A stretch of DNA of 64,000 bases from Candidatus Cloacimonadales bacterium (lineage in GTDB: Bacteria > Cloacimonadota > Cloacimonadia > Cloacimonadales > JAFGVF01), in NCBI GenBank assembly GCA_963667035.1, contig OY762964.1:864001-928000 (forward strand). Reading direction: 5' to 3'. The stretch's first letter is position 1; each line of letters opens with the position of its first letter. The notes beneath the pieces were generated by a model. It ran no database searches. It saw only the letters and a list, made by a program, of their open reading frames with translations, and was not told where the DNA came from. Positions 28,481 through 38,980 of the stretch are shown piece after piece. Position numbers and translations under genes: made by a program.

Positions 28481-29740
28481 ATGAAAAGAATAATCACAAT
28501 CCTCTCTCTCATGTATCTATCTGCATTCCTAAATAGTGTTACTCTCAGTGAATGTCTCTCAAGTCTTAGGGATACAACACCCATCTCTGACCAACTTGTG
28601 CTTTATGAAAACCAGATGCATCTAACCAATGAGAAACTTAATGCCAATTATCTCCCATCTCTATATCTTACAGGCAATGCCTCCTGGAACAGTGAGATCA
28701 CGAAGATTGAGTTTGGCTCAGCTATTCCCGTCAATCCCCCTACTCCCGATAAAGACAGAGAAGGATTGGGTATTGAGCTCAGGCAAATGATTTGGGATGG
28801 TGGCATTACCTCTCTCTCTAAGAAAGCAAATAAATTGAACTCAGAGGCTAATGTATTAGAGAGCATTTCAAGAGTGCGAGCCCGTGAACAAGAAGCTGCA
28901 AGTATCTTTTTCAACATTGTCAATTTTACAGATACAATAGAGATTCTGGAGTTACAACGATCTAATCTAAACGCACGCTTATCGCAGACAGAGCAGTTAC
29001 ACCAAAACGGATTAAAAGAGATTTCAGATGTTAGATTAGTTCAATTGGATCTGCTTAAGTTAGACGGGGAAATAGTCAGTTTAAAAGTTAAAAAGCGGAC
29101 AGCCATCAGGAAGTTATCCCAGCTTACAAACCTGAATCTGATGTCGGAAACTGAATTCATCTTTCCTTTTTACTTTGAAAACAGTTCGCAGAAAGTTAAA
29201 TTATTTGAAATAGAACGCCTTGATGCCCTCATATCTCTCCAGAAGCTCAGTGCCAAGATGATAAACCGTAAACTATATCCCCAAATAACTGCTAAAGCAG
29301 ATTATAGTTATGGTAAACCGGGTTACAATATGTTTTCTACTGATTATCATGACTATTATAGTGCCGGTGTTGGACTTAGTTGGAAGCTCTGGGACTTCAA
29401 TCAGGTAGCAAAAGAGAAGCGAATTGCCCTGAATCAAGCAGAGATAATTTCAGCCACAAAAGATGACCTTCTTTTAACTATCGATCACCAACTGAAAACA
29501 ATTGATTCTGAGATCAGAAGTATTAATTATTTATTGGAATTATCTAATGAAAGAGTTGCTCTTTTAACTGAAATCGTCTCATCTTTCGAGCATAAATTCG
29601 AATCAGGTGTGATAACAACCTCAGATCTCTTAGTTCAATCAAACAATCTTATGAGTGCTCAGATAGAGCAACGACAATACAGAACCAATTTATCCGCTTT
29701 AGAGGTAAAGAAAATACTCACTTTAGGAGGCAAATTATGA
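28481..29740 (+). CDS. TolC family outer membrane efflux protein
   Basis: Signal peptide; two OEP halves (YLPSL/LYPQI, QMIWDGG/WKLWDF); operon context. Confidence 0.88.
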   Translation: MKRIITILSLMYLSAFLNSVTLSECLSSLRDTTPISDQLVLYENQMHLTNEKLNANYLPSLYLTGNASWNSEITKIEFGSAIPVNPPTPDKDREGLGIELRQMIWDGGITSLSKKANKLNSEANVLESISRVRAREQEAASIFFNIVNFTDTIEILELQRSNLNARLSQTEQLHQNGLKEISDVRLVQLDLLKLDGEIVSLKVKKRTAIRKLSQLTNLNLMSETEFIFPFYFENSSQKVKLFEIERLDALISLQKLSAKMINRKLYPQITAKADYSYGKPGYNMFSTDYHDYYSAGVGLSWKLWDFNQVAKEKRIALNQAEIISATKDDLLLTIDHQLKTIDSEIRSINYLLELSNERVALLTEIVSSFEHKFESGVITTSDLLVQSNNLMSAQIEQRQYRTNLSALEVKKILTLGGKL

Positions 29741-30606
29741 AGAGACTTTTAATAATTATTATAGCTGTAGTACTGATGGGATGTACAATAAAGGATAACA
29801 GCGCTGCCTGGGGTAGCTTTGAAGCTGATGAGACTATTATCTCAGCCAGAGTGACCGGCACTATTACCCAATTGCTTTCCAGAGAAGGAATGAGCGTTAC
29901 CAAGGATGAACTAATCGCTGAGATTGATGCCACAGACCTGCTTCTTAGCAAGGCTGAATTAGAAAGCAATATCAAGATGTTAGACCTTAAGATTATCGCC
30001 TCAGGGCAGAAAAGCCAGCTTACAGAGACTGAGATTCAGAACCTCTCAGTTGAACAGAATAGATTCAAGGAGTTAGTTAAGCAACACGCTGCAACTCAGA
30101 AGCAGTTAGATGATATCGATGCACATTTTAGACTACTACAGCAGAAACTGGAACTCAACAAAACAGAAGCTAAGTTGGCTAAGGCCGAGAAACAGGTGGC
30201 AAACAAGAAACTCAATACGTTGGAAAGCAATATTGAGAAATGCCAGATTAAAGCTCCTACCACCGGCACTATCCTCACAACCTATGCCAATGAAGGTGAG
30301 TTTGTTGCAATGGGGAAGCCAATTGTTAAGCTTGCTGACATATCCACTCTGAAAGCTGTTTTTTTTATCTCAGAGACTCAGCTCACATCCTTGAAACTTG
30401 GACAGAAGATAAAGGTCAGGTTAGATAGTGGCGAGACAATGAAAAGCTATCCTGCAACTGTATCCTACATCAGCAGTAAATCAGAATTCACTCCAAAGGT
30501 TATCCAAACCCGTGAAGAGAGAGTGAAGTTGGTCTATAAAGTCGAAGCTCTCTGCAACAATGACGGTTCATTGAAGATTGGTATGCCAATCGAAATCATC
30601 TTTTAG
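29737..30606 (+). CDS. HlyD-family membrane fusion protein (YbhG-like)
   Basis: Lipobox LMGC; coiled coil; EFTPKVIQTREER and LKIGMP motifs. Confidence 0.92.
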   Translation: MKRLLIIIIAVVLMGCTIKDNSAAWGSFEADETIISARVTGTITQLLSREGMSVTKDELIAEIDATDLLLSKAELESNIKMLDLKIIASGQKSQLTETEIQNLSVEQNRFKELVKQHAATQKQLDDIDAHFRLLQQKLELNKTEAKLAKAEKQVANKKLNTLESNIEKCQIKAPTTGTILTTYANEGEFVAMGKPIVKLADISTLKAVFFISETQLTSLKLGQKIKVRLDSGETMKSYPATVSYISSKSEFTPKVIQTREERVKLVYKVEALCNNDGSLKIGMPIEIIF

Positions 30607-30614
30607 GGGTATAG

Positions 30615-31538
30615 ATGCAACCCTTTATAATAGCAGAGAACATCACAAAGTCATACGGAAGTACCCGTGCTCTGAATGATATCTCTTTTGAAGTTAACAA
30701 GAATGAGATATTCGGGTTCATCGGTCCTGACGGAGCTGGCAAAAGTACGCTTTTTCAGATTATGACAACACTGCTTATACCCGATAATGGCACTGGTTCG
30801 ATTGACGGTCTCGACATTGCGAGAGATTACAAGAAGATCCGCTCTATGATTGGCTATATGCCCGGCAGATTCTCTCTGTATCAGGATCTTACAGTTGCAG
30901 AGAACCTCAATTTCTATGCCAATATCTTTGGAACTACTATTAAGGCTAATTATGACCTGATTAAGAATATCTATGATCTGCTTGAACCCTTCTCAAAACG
31001 CAGAGCAGGAGATCTATCCGGTGGCATGAAACAGAAGCTTGCCCTCTGTTGTGCCCTCATTCATCAACCAAAAGCACTCTTTCTCGATGAGCCGACAACG
31101 GGCGTCGATCCTGTTTCTCGTACTGAGTTCTGGGATAATCTTTCTCAAATAAAGCAACGGGATATTCCGATTGTGGTTTCAACACCGTATATGGATGAAG
31201 CTATCCGTTGTGACCGGGTCGCCTTGATACACAGGGGCAGGATACTTCAACTCGACACTCCTCAGAATATTATCAATTCATTCCCGGGGAAGGTATTCTC
31301 TTTGAGTGGAATAGATAAATATATCGCTAAAACTACTTTAAATAATCTCAGTGAAGTGTCTAGCATCTTTGCTTTTGGCGATGCCTTGCATATCACTATA
31401 CCACTTAAACATATCCAGGCAATTTCAAGAATTAAAACTGCATTGGATACGGTTTCAAGTGAATATACTTTGAAAGAAATAGAACCTGACTTCGAGGATT
31501 GTTTCTTGCAGTTAATGAAGGATAGTAACGATGTCTGA
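30615..31538 (+). CDS. ABC transporter ATP-binding protein
   Basis: GPDGAGKST, LSGGMKQK and LDEPT motifs. Confidence 0.95.
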   Translation: MQPFIIAENITKSYGSTRALNDISFEVNKNEIFGFIGPDGAGKSTLFQIMTTLLIPDNGTGSIDGLDIARDYKKIRSMIGYMPGRFSLYQDLTVAENLNFYANIFGTTIKANYDLIKNIYDLLEPFSKRRAGDLSGGMKQKLALCCALIHQPKALFLDEPTTGVDPVSRTEFWDNLSQIKQRDIPIVVSTPYMDEAIRCDRVALIHRGRILQLDTPQNIINSFPGKVFSLSGIDKYIAKTTLNNLSEVSSIFAFGDALHITIPLKHIQAISRIKTALDTVSSEYTLKEIEPDFEDCFLQLMKDSNDV

Positions 31539-32262
31539 TCCTATAATTAAAGTTGAAAACCTGACCCGTAAGTTTGGTGATTTCACAGCAGTGGACAGTA
31601 TCTCCTTCGAAGTCAGCAAAGGAGAAATCTTTGGTTTTCTTGGTGCCAACGGTGCAGGTAAAACCACAGCAATGCGTATCCTCTGCGGACTCCTCTCGCC
31701 TACTTCCGGCAAAGCAGATGTTTGTGGCTTTGATGTCTATCATCAGAGTGAGCAGATAAAGCTTAACATCGGCTATATGAGCCAGAAGTTCTCTCTGTTT
31801 GATGACCTGACAGTCTGGGAGAATATCAGTTTCTATGCCGGGATTTACAAGATGTCTAAACAGGAGATAAAGCTTGCAGGTGAAGAACTTTTAAACAAAC
31901 TGGAGCTAACCAAATACAAGAACAGGCTGATTAAGTCTCTCCCCCTCGGTTGGAAGCAGAAGCTCTCCTTTTCAATTGCCATTATCCACAAGCCCAAAGT
32001 GGTCTTTTTAGATGAACCGACCGGTGGGGTTGACCCTATCACTCGCAGAGCTTTCTGGGATATGATTTATCAGGCATCTGCAGAAGGAATAACCGTCTTT
32101 GTGACCACCCATTACCTTGATGAAGCTGAATACTGCGACCGGATTTCAATGATGGTTAAAGGGCGCATCGCAGCCCTTGGAACTCCAACAGAACTTAAAG
32201 AGCAGTTCAAGGTTGCAAACATGTACGATGTCTTCCTCAAACTCGCCAGAGGTGACGAATGA
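31531..32262 (+). CDS. ABC transporter ATP-binding protein
   Basis: GANGAGKTT, LPLGWKQK and LDEPT motifs. Confidence 0.95.
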   Translation: MSDPIIKVENLTRKFGDFTAVDSISFEVSKGEIFGFLGANGAGKTTAMRILCGLLSPTSGKADVCGFDVYHQSEQIKLNIGYMSQKFSLFDDLTVWENISFYAGIYKMSKQEIKLAGEELLNKLELTKYKNRLIKSLPLGWKQKLSFSIAIIHKPKVVFLDEPTGGVDPITRRAFWDMIYQASAEGITVFVTTHYLDEAEYCDRISMMVKGRIAALGTPTELKEQFKVANMYDVFLKLARGDE

Positions 32263-33359
32263 AAAACCTTTTAATCTTTATCAATAAAGAGATTCTCCAC
32301 ATAATCCGTGATCCTAAATCGCTCATGATTATGGTTCTATTACCCCTTATCGAGATTCTCCTCTTCGGATTTGTCCTTCGGTTTGAGATTGAGAACACCA
32401 CAATTGCCGTTTATGATATGGCTAAACAACATAGTTCAGTACAGTTGGTTCATAGACTCGAAGGTGGTAAACGCTTTAAAGTAATTCCTGTGGATTCGAT
32501 GCAGGAGGCAGAACTGTTCCTCAAATCCAATAAGATAAAGGCAGTTCTTCGCATCTCTCCTGACTTTGAGCGTGTGATGTTAGCTGACAATGAGCCTGTT
32601 TTTCAGTTAGTGCTTGATGCCATTGACCCCAACACTGCAACTACGATAGAGGCATATCTTAACGCTGTGCTGGTAGATTTCTTTGCAGAACAGGGGCTTG
32701 CGAATCAACCTCAAATGCTCAAAGTTGAACAGTTAATGTACTATAATCCGACAATGAAGAGTGTTTACTCTACCGTCCCGGGGCTAATTTCGGTCATTCT
32801 GATGCTTATTTGTGCTCTGATGACTTCGGTGTCGCTTACACGAGAGAAGGAAACAGGAACCCTCAATGTGCTCCTTATATCGCCTTTAAAACCTATTCAG
32901 ATAGTAATCGGAAAGGTTATTCCCTATCTTCTGGTTTCATTCGTCAATATCGCAATCATCCTCATCCTCGCTTTTACGGTCTTCAAAATGCCCTTAGCCG
33001 GTTCGCTATTCCTGCTTATTCTGGTCAGTCTCATCTACTGTATCTGTGCCCTTGCTCTTGGTTTCCTAATCTCTACCAAAGCTCAGAGTCAACAGGTTGC
33101 AATGATGATTTCACTGGCCGGGTTAATGCTCCCTACCACTCTTTTAAGTGGGATGATTTATCCCATTAAGAATATGCCAATCTGGCTACAGGGAATCACT
33201 TATATCATGCCGGCACGCTGGTTTGTCAATATCCTGAAACACATTATGCTCAAGGCTTCTCCTCTGTCTGATTTCCTGCCGGATATCGGTGTTTTAGTCC
33301 TCATGACCCTCATCTTAACTGCAATTAGCCTCAAGAATTTCAAGGTAAGGTTTAAATAA
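32259..33359 (+). CDS. ABC-2 permease (YbhS-like)
   Basis: KEILHIIRD and REKETGT motifs; multiple TM segments. Confidence 0.92.
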   Translation: MKNLLIFINKEILHIIRDPKSLMIMVLLPLIEILLFGFVLRFEIENTTIAVYDMAKQHSSVQLVHRLEGGKRFKVIPVDSMQEAELFLKSNKIKAVLRISPDFERVMLADNEPVFQLVLDAIDPNTATTIEAYLNAVLVDFFAEQGLANQPQMLKVEQLMYYNPTMKSVYSTVPGLISVILMLICALMTSVSLTREKETGTLNVLLISPLKPIQIVIGKVIPYLLVSFVNIAIILILAFTVFKMPLAGSLFLLILVSLIYCICALALGFLISTKAQSQQVAMMISLAGLMLPTTLLSGMIYPIKNMPIWLQGITYIMPARWFVNILKHIMLKASPLSDFLPDIGVLVLMTLILTAISLKNFKVRFK

Positions 33360-34459
33360 TGCGTAATATACTTCTATTAATCCAAAAAGAGTTTAAGCAG
33401 ATTTTCAGGAACAAGGCAATGCTGGCGATTATGTTTATCATGCCGATGATTCAGCTCTTGATTCTCTCCAATGCTGCTGACTTTGAACTTAAAAGCGTTT
33501 ACTTTGCCTGGGAGGATATGGACAAGTCTCCCCTCTCTAATGCTCTGCTTGCTAAGTTTGAGAATAACCCTCTCTTTCATCTGAAATACAGCTCTGATTC
33601 GGCAGAACTAAACGATGCACAACTAGAGAATAATCTCGCAGAAGTTATCATCAGTATCCCTACCTCATTTGAGTCAGACCTGATGAACAGACGCGAGTCA
33701 ACTATTCAGCTTCGCATTAATGCCATTGATGGCTCTGCCGGGGGGCTTATTGCCACCTATGCAAACAAGATTATCAATGATTTCTATACTGACGAGTTGC
33801 TTAAAGTCAATCAGATTAAGCGGATTGTCGAAGCTCGTTATCTCTACAACCCTGAGTTGAACTATAAAACCTATATGATCCCGGGGATTCTTGTTGTGCT
33901 TGTTACTGTGATTGGACTGCTCTTAACAGCTCTCAATATAGCCCGTGAGAAGGAGATTGGCACAATCGAACAGATAAATGTAACGCCTATCAAGAAGCAT
34001 CAGTTTATTCTTGGTAAGCTGTTGCCTATGCTCGTTATCGGGATTGGTGAGTTTGTCCTCGGTATGCTGATTGCCCGTCTTATCTTCCATATCCCTGTTG
34101 TCGGTAATCCGCTTGTGCAATTGCTCTTTCTTGTTGTCTATCTCTGCGTGATGCTTGGAATCGGACTCCTCATCTCTTCCCAGGTGCAGACTCAACAACA
34201 GGCGATGTTCATTGCCTTCTTTGTCATGATGGTATTTATTTTCCTCTCCGGTCTCTTCTCTGCTATTGAGAATATGCCCAAATGGGGACAGATAGTCGCC
34301 CAATTAATCCCTATCTCCTACTTCATCCGAGATACTCGGAGTATCCTACTCAAAGGTGCCGGACTAAAAGAACTTTACCCAGATTTGCTTATCCTCATGG
34401 GCAATGCCGTAGTTGTTAACACAGTTGCTATTCTGGCTTATAAGAAGACAAGTGATTAG
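33359..34459 (+). CDS. ABC-2 permease (YbhR-like)
   Basis: KEFKQIFR and REKEIGTIEQ motifs; multiple TM segments. Confidence 0.92.
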   Translation: MRNILLLIQKEFKQIFRNKAMLAIMFIMPMIQLLILSNAADFELKSVYFAWEDMDKSPLSNALLAKFENNPLFHLKYSSDSAELNDAQLENNLAEVIISIPTSFESDLMNRRESTIQLRINAIDGSAGGLIATYANKIINDFYTDELLKVNQIKRIVEARYLYNPELNYKTYMIPGILVVLVTVIGLLLTALNIAREKEIGTIEQINVTPIKKHQFILGKLLPMLVIGIGEFVLGMLIARLIFHIPVVGNPLVQLLFLVVYLCVMLGIGLLISSQVQTQQQAMFIAFFVMMVFIFLSGLFSAIENMPKWGQIVAQLIPISYFIRDTRSILLKGAGLKELYPDLLILMGNAVVVNTVAILAYKKTSD

Positions 34460-34532
34460 GTAGTTTAAGGGAAATGTAGTGAGAGTATGTAATGTTGAGA
34501 TTGAAAATCTGGTATACTCATTCACTATTTAA

Positions 34533-37388
34533 CTAGTAGTCCTCCTTGTCCTGGATTATTCTTCTCAAATTCATATTTCCATATCCATTTTCGGACATGA
34601 AATTCTGAATATGTTTGTATGAGTTTAAATTTTGCCCCGATTCAAAAATAATGTTTAATGCATTTTTCAGACCATCAACAAAATTTGGCGGTGATTCGAT
34701 TCTAATTATCCTCAGTAATTGGAAATTTTTATCGTTAACCAAAATACTCTTTTCCCATGTATTTGTTTCAATACTTCTTAAAGACCTTAACAAAACATCT
34801 TTACAATAACTAACTAGAGGTAAAGATATGGAATCACCATCAATAAAGAATCTGATATGCACATCTTGGATAGTACTCTCATTAATTAAAGTTTTTGCTT
34901 CCCAAGACCATTGATTGAGATGATTGATAAATGTCTCTGGCCCAACCCCTGAACAGACCAGAATTGTTTGATAATTGATTAATACATCCAAAATATTAAG
35001 TTTTTTTCTTTTTTGATTCGTCCCTATCAAATATTTAACTATAGATTTATGCAATCCAAATTGCATTTTAGAGAAATTGATTAATAACTCACCATATCCA
35101 ATATGGTGCTCAATTATGCCAGAAATATTCATGACAAACTCATTGCTAGTATTCTCCAATATAGATAATAATAGTGATTTATGTTGCAGATTTAGATTAT
35201 TATATTTAATTAACAACATGCAAATCAAATCATAGTAGACAACTGAATCGTTATCTGCTCTCTTTAAACGAGCATACAATATTTCATCGGGTAATGCTTT
35301 GTTTTTTTGATTCGGTGTAAACAATTGTTTTATAACGTTTCCTTTTGCACTAAGACTTTTTATATATGAATCAATACGGTTAAGAAATTTTGGTACTTCG
35401 CATTCAGGACTAAGATATGAAATGCATTTCATCTTTTCAATCTCTGATTCATCTATTTTACTTAAAGTTTCATCAAGTTTGCCATAATCAGATGAAATTT
35501 GATATTTGGAATACTCCTCTTTTGCTATCATTAAAAAAGTGATGAATGAATCTACATCGACTTCTTTGCTTTCAAGATTCTCAAAAACATTGATAATATT
35601 TAAATTAGCTAACATGTTAATACTGTTATAATAATCAAGCACAGAAAAAGATTCATGTGTTCGATATTCTTCAATGATCTTCTTCATGTATTCCTGCTTA
35701 TTCTCTATGTTTCGTATTAGAACAATTTGGTAGTCTAGAAGTGCATATTCCTTCAGTTCTCTTTCATAGACTAATTCAATGATACACTTCCAAATGTGTT
35801 TAATCCTAGCTTCTTCATTTTTAGATGCAAATACAGTATTCAGTACTTGCACGCAATTGGGAATGTTCGAAACATTTGTTACAGCATTATCTAGAAGCTC
35901 GAAGAATTCCATAGAATTGCTAATATCACTAACAATTGTTTCATCTCCATTGTTTAACGCTTTAGTTAATGAATCAATAAAAACAACATTTGTAACTTGT
36001 ATTAGAGGCAATTGGTAATAGAGTGATGCAATATTGGACGGCAAATTTGTATCTCTTGAATACAAAAACGCTAGAGAGTTTAAATATGTTGGATTAAAAA
36101 CTTCTGATTGAGGTCTTTCCGAAATTTTAGTTTTTCCAAAAATAAATAAAGCAATATATTCATCAGGAATATCATCTAAAAGAGTTTGTTTGATTGTTAC
36201 AAACTCATTGATAAAAGCAATAATCTTTCTTGGTGTTTGATCACTTGAAAGTAAATCATAAATCTGAGTAACTTTGTTATAATTAGTTTCATCTAGATTT
36301 GTGTTTCCAAAGGCTTCTAGCCATTTCAACCTAAAATATTTTTTCCAATCAACCATCATGGGTGGTGGAACTCGGTAAACAACATCAAATGTTTTATTAA
36401 TATAATCATCGCCAAAGCTGGGTATATCTACATTCGGATCTAAACTATTGTTCATATCTTCATATCTAAATGCACACCTCACATGTGATCGGTCAAATGG
36501 AAGCAATACTCTTATATTCCCATTTCCAGATTCTATTCTTTCCGCAAAGAAAGTATGAATAGAAGACCACAACTCTTGCACTTTATCTTTTGGCAACCTG
36601 TCCATATTATCAAAAACGATTACTAATACATCCATTCCAATATATTTGGAAATATCTAGCATCCAATTACGGAACTCTCTTGAAGAAGGATTAGCTTCAG
36701 AAATCACTTCGAGTGTTGTTGTTTCCATACTATCTTTCTGGTAAAGTGTAAAGAGCTCAGAAAGAGCTGATTTGAATGGTTCTTTATTACCACTTTTTTT
36801 CCCTTTGTTGGTTTTATATGCTAGTATTATAGAATATAAAACTAGTGGTACACTGAAAAGAACCATCTGCATACATATGCTCATTGTTGAATCTTTTATA
36901 ATGTTTAATAATTGCAAGAAGTAGATCGAAAGGATATAAATAATTATCCCAATACTTAGTTTAGGAATTGTTGATGCAGTCGTTTCTTTTTTCTTTGCTA
37001 ATAACGACTTCAGCTTTTTATGTAAAAATGATTCATCTCCTTCTTTTTCTCTAGTTTTAACTAAATGATCTGTCAATTCTTCTATAATAGCTCTTCTTTG
37101 GATATCTTCCTGATGTCCCCATGCATCATATGTAAAAAAATAAAACTTCTGTTTCAATTTTTCCTTTTGTTTTAATCTATTTTCCACGAGTTTAATTAGA
37201 TTTGATTTACCTGAGCCCCATCCACCTTCTATCCCAATCATAATGCAATTACTGTTATTTTTTATTTCGTCACATATTTTATCTGCAATTTTTTTATGAG
37301 CCTGTCCTTCAAACAAATCTTCACCACAAGGATCATTATTGATAATTTTAAATTGTGATCTTGTTATTTTACCATCATCCATCTTCAC
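34533..37388 (-). CDS. KAP-family P-loop NTPase with long C-terminal extension
   Basis: GGWGSGKS Walker A, YDAW, two TM helices inside the NTPase, VFDNMDRL Walker B, YINKTF and TPRK motifs. Confidence 0.9.
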   Translation of the reverse strand: MKMDDGKITRSQFKIINNDPCGEDLFEGQAHKKIADKICDEIKNNSNCIMIGIEGGWGSGKSNLIKLVENRLKQKEKLKQKFYFFTYDAWGHQEDIQRRAIIEELTDHLVKTREKEGDESFLHKKLKSLLAKKKETTASTIPKLSIGIIIYILSIYFLQLLNIIKDSTMSICMQMVLFSVPLVLYSIILAYKTNKGKKSGNKEPFKSALSELFTLYQKDSMETTTLEVISEANPSSREFRNWMLDISKYIGMDVLVIVFDNMDRLPKDKVQELWSSIHTFFAERIESGNGNIRVLLPFDRSHVRCAFRYEDMNNSLDPNVDIPSFGDDYINKTFDVVYRVPPPMMVDWKKYFRLKWLEAFGNTNLDETNYNKVTQIYDLLSSDQTPRKIIAFINEFVTIKQTLLDDIPDEYIALFIFGKTKISERPQSEVFNPTYLNSLAFLYSRDTNLPSNIASLYYQLPLIQVTNVVFIDSLTKALNNGDETIVSDISNSMEFFELLDNAVTNVSNIPNCVQVLNTVFASKNEEARIKHIWKCIIELVYERELKEYALLDYQIVLIRNIENKQEYMKKIIEEYRTHESFSVLDYYNSINMLANLNIINVFENLESKEVDVDSFITFLMIAKEEYSKYQISSDYGKLDETLSKIDESEIEKMKCISYLSPECEVPKFLNRIDSYIKSLSAKGNVIKQLFTPNQKNKALPDEILYARLKRADNDSVVYYDLICMLLIKYNNLNLQHKSLLLSILENTSNEFVMNISGIIEHHIGYGELLINFSKMQFGLHKSIVKYLIGTNQKRKKLNILDVLINYQTILVCSGVGPETFINHLNQWSWEAKTLINESTIQDVHIRFFIDGDSISLPLVSYCKDVLLRSLRSIETNTWEKSILVNDKNFQLLRIIRIESPPNFVDGLKNALNIIFESGQNLNSYKHIQNFMSENGYGNMNLRRIIQDKEDY

Positions 37389-37393
37389 AACTC

Positions 37394-37630
37394 CTACTTC
37401 TTATCTTTTGGTGGACATGGATCATTACCATAACTATTTCCACCTCGAATCTGCCCATTTACACCATGGATCTTGGTGTCTGATTTTTGATTCCTAGCAA
37501 TTTCAGTTGCTACTTGAATCGCTTCTTTTTGAGTATCTGTTCTCTTAGTTAGTCTTGAGTTTCCCTCACCTCTAACACCCCAACCGTTTTCAGTTTTCAC
37601 AACATGTTGATTTTTCCCTTTAGAACCCAT
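37394..37630 (-). CDS. DUF2188 family protein
   Basis: NQHVV..GWGV.GEG..TQKEAI..IH..GQIR..NSYGNDPCPPKD pattern. Confidence 0.9.
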   Translation of the reverse strand: MGSKGKNQHVVKTENGWGVRGEGNSRLTKRTDTQKEAIQVATEIARNQKSDTKIHGVNGQIRGGNSYGNDPCPPKDKK

Positions 37631-37904
37631 TCATCCTCCATATTAATCTATTGTATCAAGAGTTTCTATTCCTAATAGATTTATTAATATATTAGATGTT
37701 TTTTAACATACACATATAAGAGGTCAAGTAATATATTATTCTAATGAAACTTCTATCTATTTTGCGTGCAATTGGCAATTCCTCAGATAGCTCATACATT
37801 AGTTTCTAGTAGCAATTAAGGGAGAACTACGAGAATCCACAGTGCGTTTTATGCGGAGTTTCAGACTTTTATGCTATTTTTAGGCTCTAGTTATTCCCGA
37901 TTTA

Positions 37905-38003
37905 ACAACGCAGTGTGTTTCCACTGTGAAGGCAGTGCGGACGCACTATCCACGCACAGAATCACCGGGTTGACAGTACCTTCACAGTGCGAGAGCAGTG
38001 GGA
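37905..38003. repeat. 11-bp-phased CASTG array, copy 2 (inverted relative to 11655-11752)
   Basis: Motifs at 37911, 37922, 37933, 37944, 37955, 37963, 37974, 37985 and 37996. Confidence 0.8.
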
Positions 38004-38297
38004 AAAATGCGAATTGTTGAACCGGGCTAATTGTGTGCACTAATAGTTTATTCAAACTGACGGGAGAAATAATACAGCTCATAAAAAAGATTAAAGAGAT
38101 TTAACCTTAGTTTTTTTTATTTAGGATGAAGCTAACCTGTTAATATATGTATTGTTCTCTAGATAGATTTAGACATTCTTAAATTTACGTTTTCGATATG
38201 TATAAACATAGATTAAGATACGTAGAAGTAAGAATGCAGATTCCTGATATCATTAAAAACCTTGCATTTGAGATTGGGACTCTTTTTAGATACTAAC

Positions 38298-38651
38298 TTA
38301 GCCTTTTGACTTTATCCTATTTAGCAGCGAGAATACAATCATCAAGATTCCCGATAGAATTAACGGTAATGCCATTGAAAGAAATGCATAGATATTTTCA
38401 TAGAATTTGAGAGCAAATATCATGAGAAGACTAATGAGCAAAACAATAATTCCCCCGGTAAGAGGTTTCTTCCAGGTTGCAAACACAATTGCAAATAAGA
38501 TAAAAGATGGAATATTATGCATCAATAATCCGATAAGTATTTCCCCAAAACATAATCCCTGACCAAAGACATCAAGTGAGAAAACCATAAAAAAAAGAGC
38601 TACCGCAAGTGAAAGTATCCGACCTGTCCAAAGAATCCATTTGTGTTTCAT
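38298..38651 (-). CDS. Small four-TM hypothetical membrane protein
   Basis: Four hydrophobic segments; LMHNIP motif. Confidence 0.75.
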   Translation of the reverse strand: MKHKWILWTGRILSLAVALFFMVFSLDVFGQGLCFGEILIGLLMHNIPSFILFAIVFATWKKPLTGGIIVLLISLLMIFALKFYENIYAFLSMALPLILSGILMIVFSLLNRIKSKG

Positions 38652-38952
38652 TTTATCCCCATTTAATTTAAGCAATTATCTACTGAGTTAGTTGTTTAGT
38701 CAAGAAGAGAATCAAATAGCTCTCTAAACAGTGGAAGAAGTTGCCTTTTCTTTAGAAAATGATGTTTCTACTTCCTAAATAATACTGTTAGTTCTTTGAT
38801 GCTGCAAGCTTTTCTTTATCATCTCAGATACATTGCTATTAAGCTATTGTAGGCTTCTTCTCTATTAATAAATAAAACCTGATTGTACTATTGTTACTTT
38901 TTTCTATTGACTATTTTATTATCACTAAATGATATTGATAATCATCAATGGA

Positions 38953-38972
38953 GGATAACTATTAATTATGGG
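38953..38972 (+). repeat. Left inverted repeat, putative tyrosine-recombinase site
   Basis: GGATAACTATTAATTATGGG, the exact reverse complement of 41158-41177. Confidence 0.85.
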
Positions 38973-38980
38973 TTGTTACT

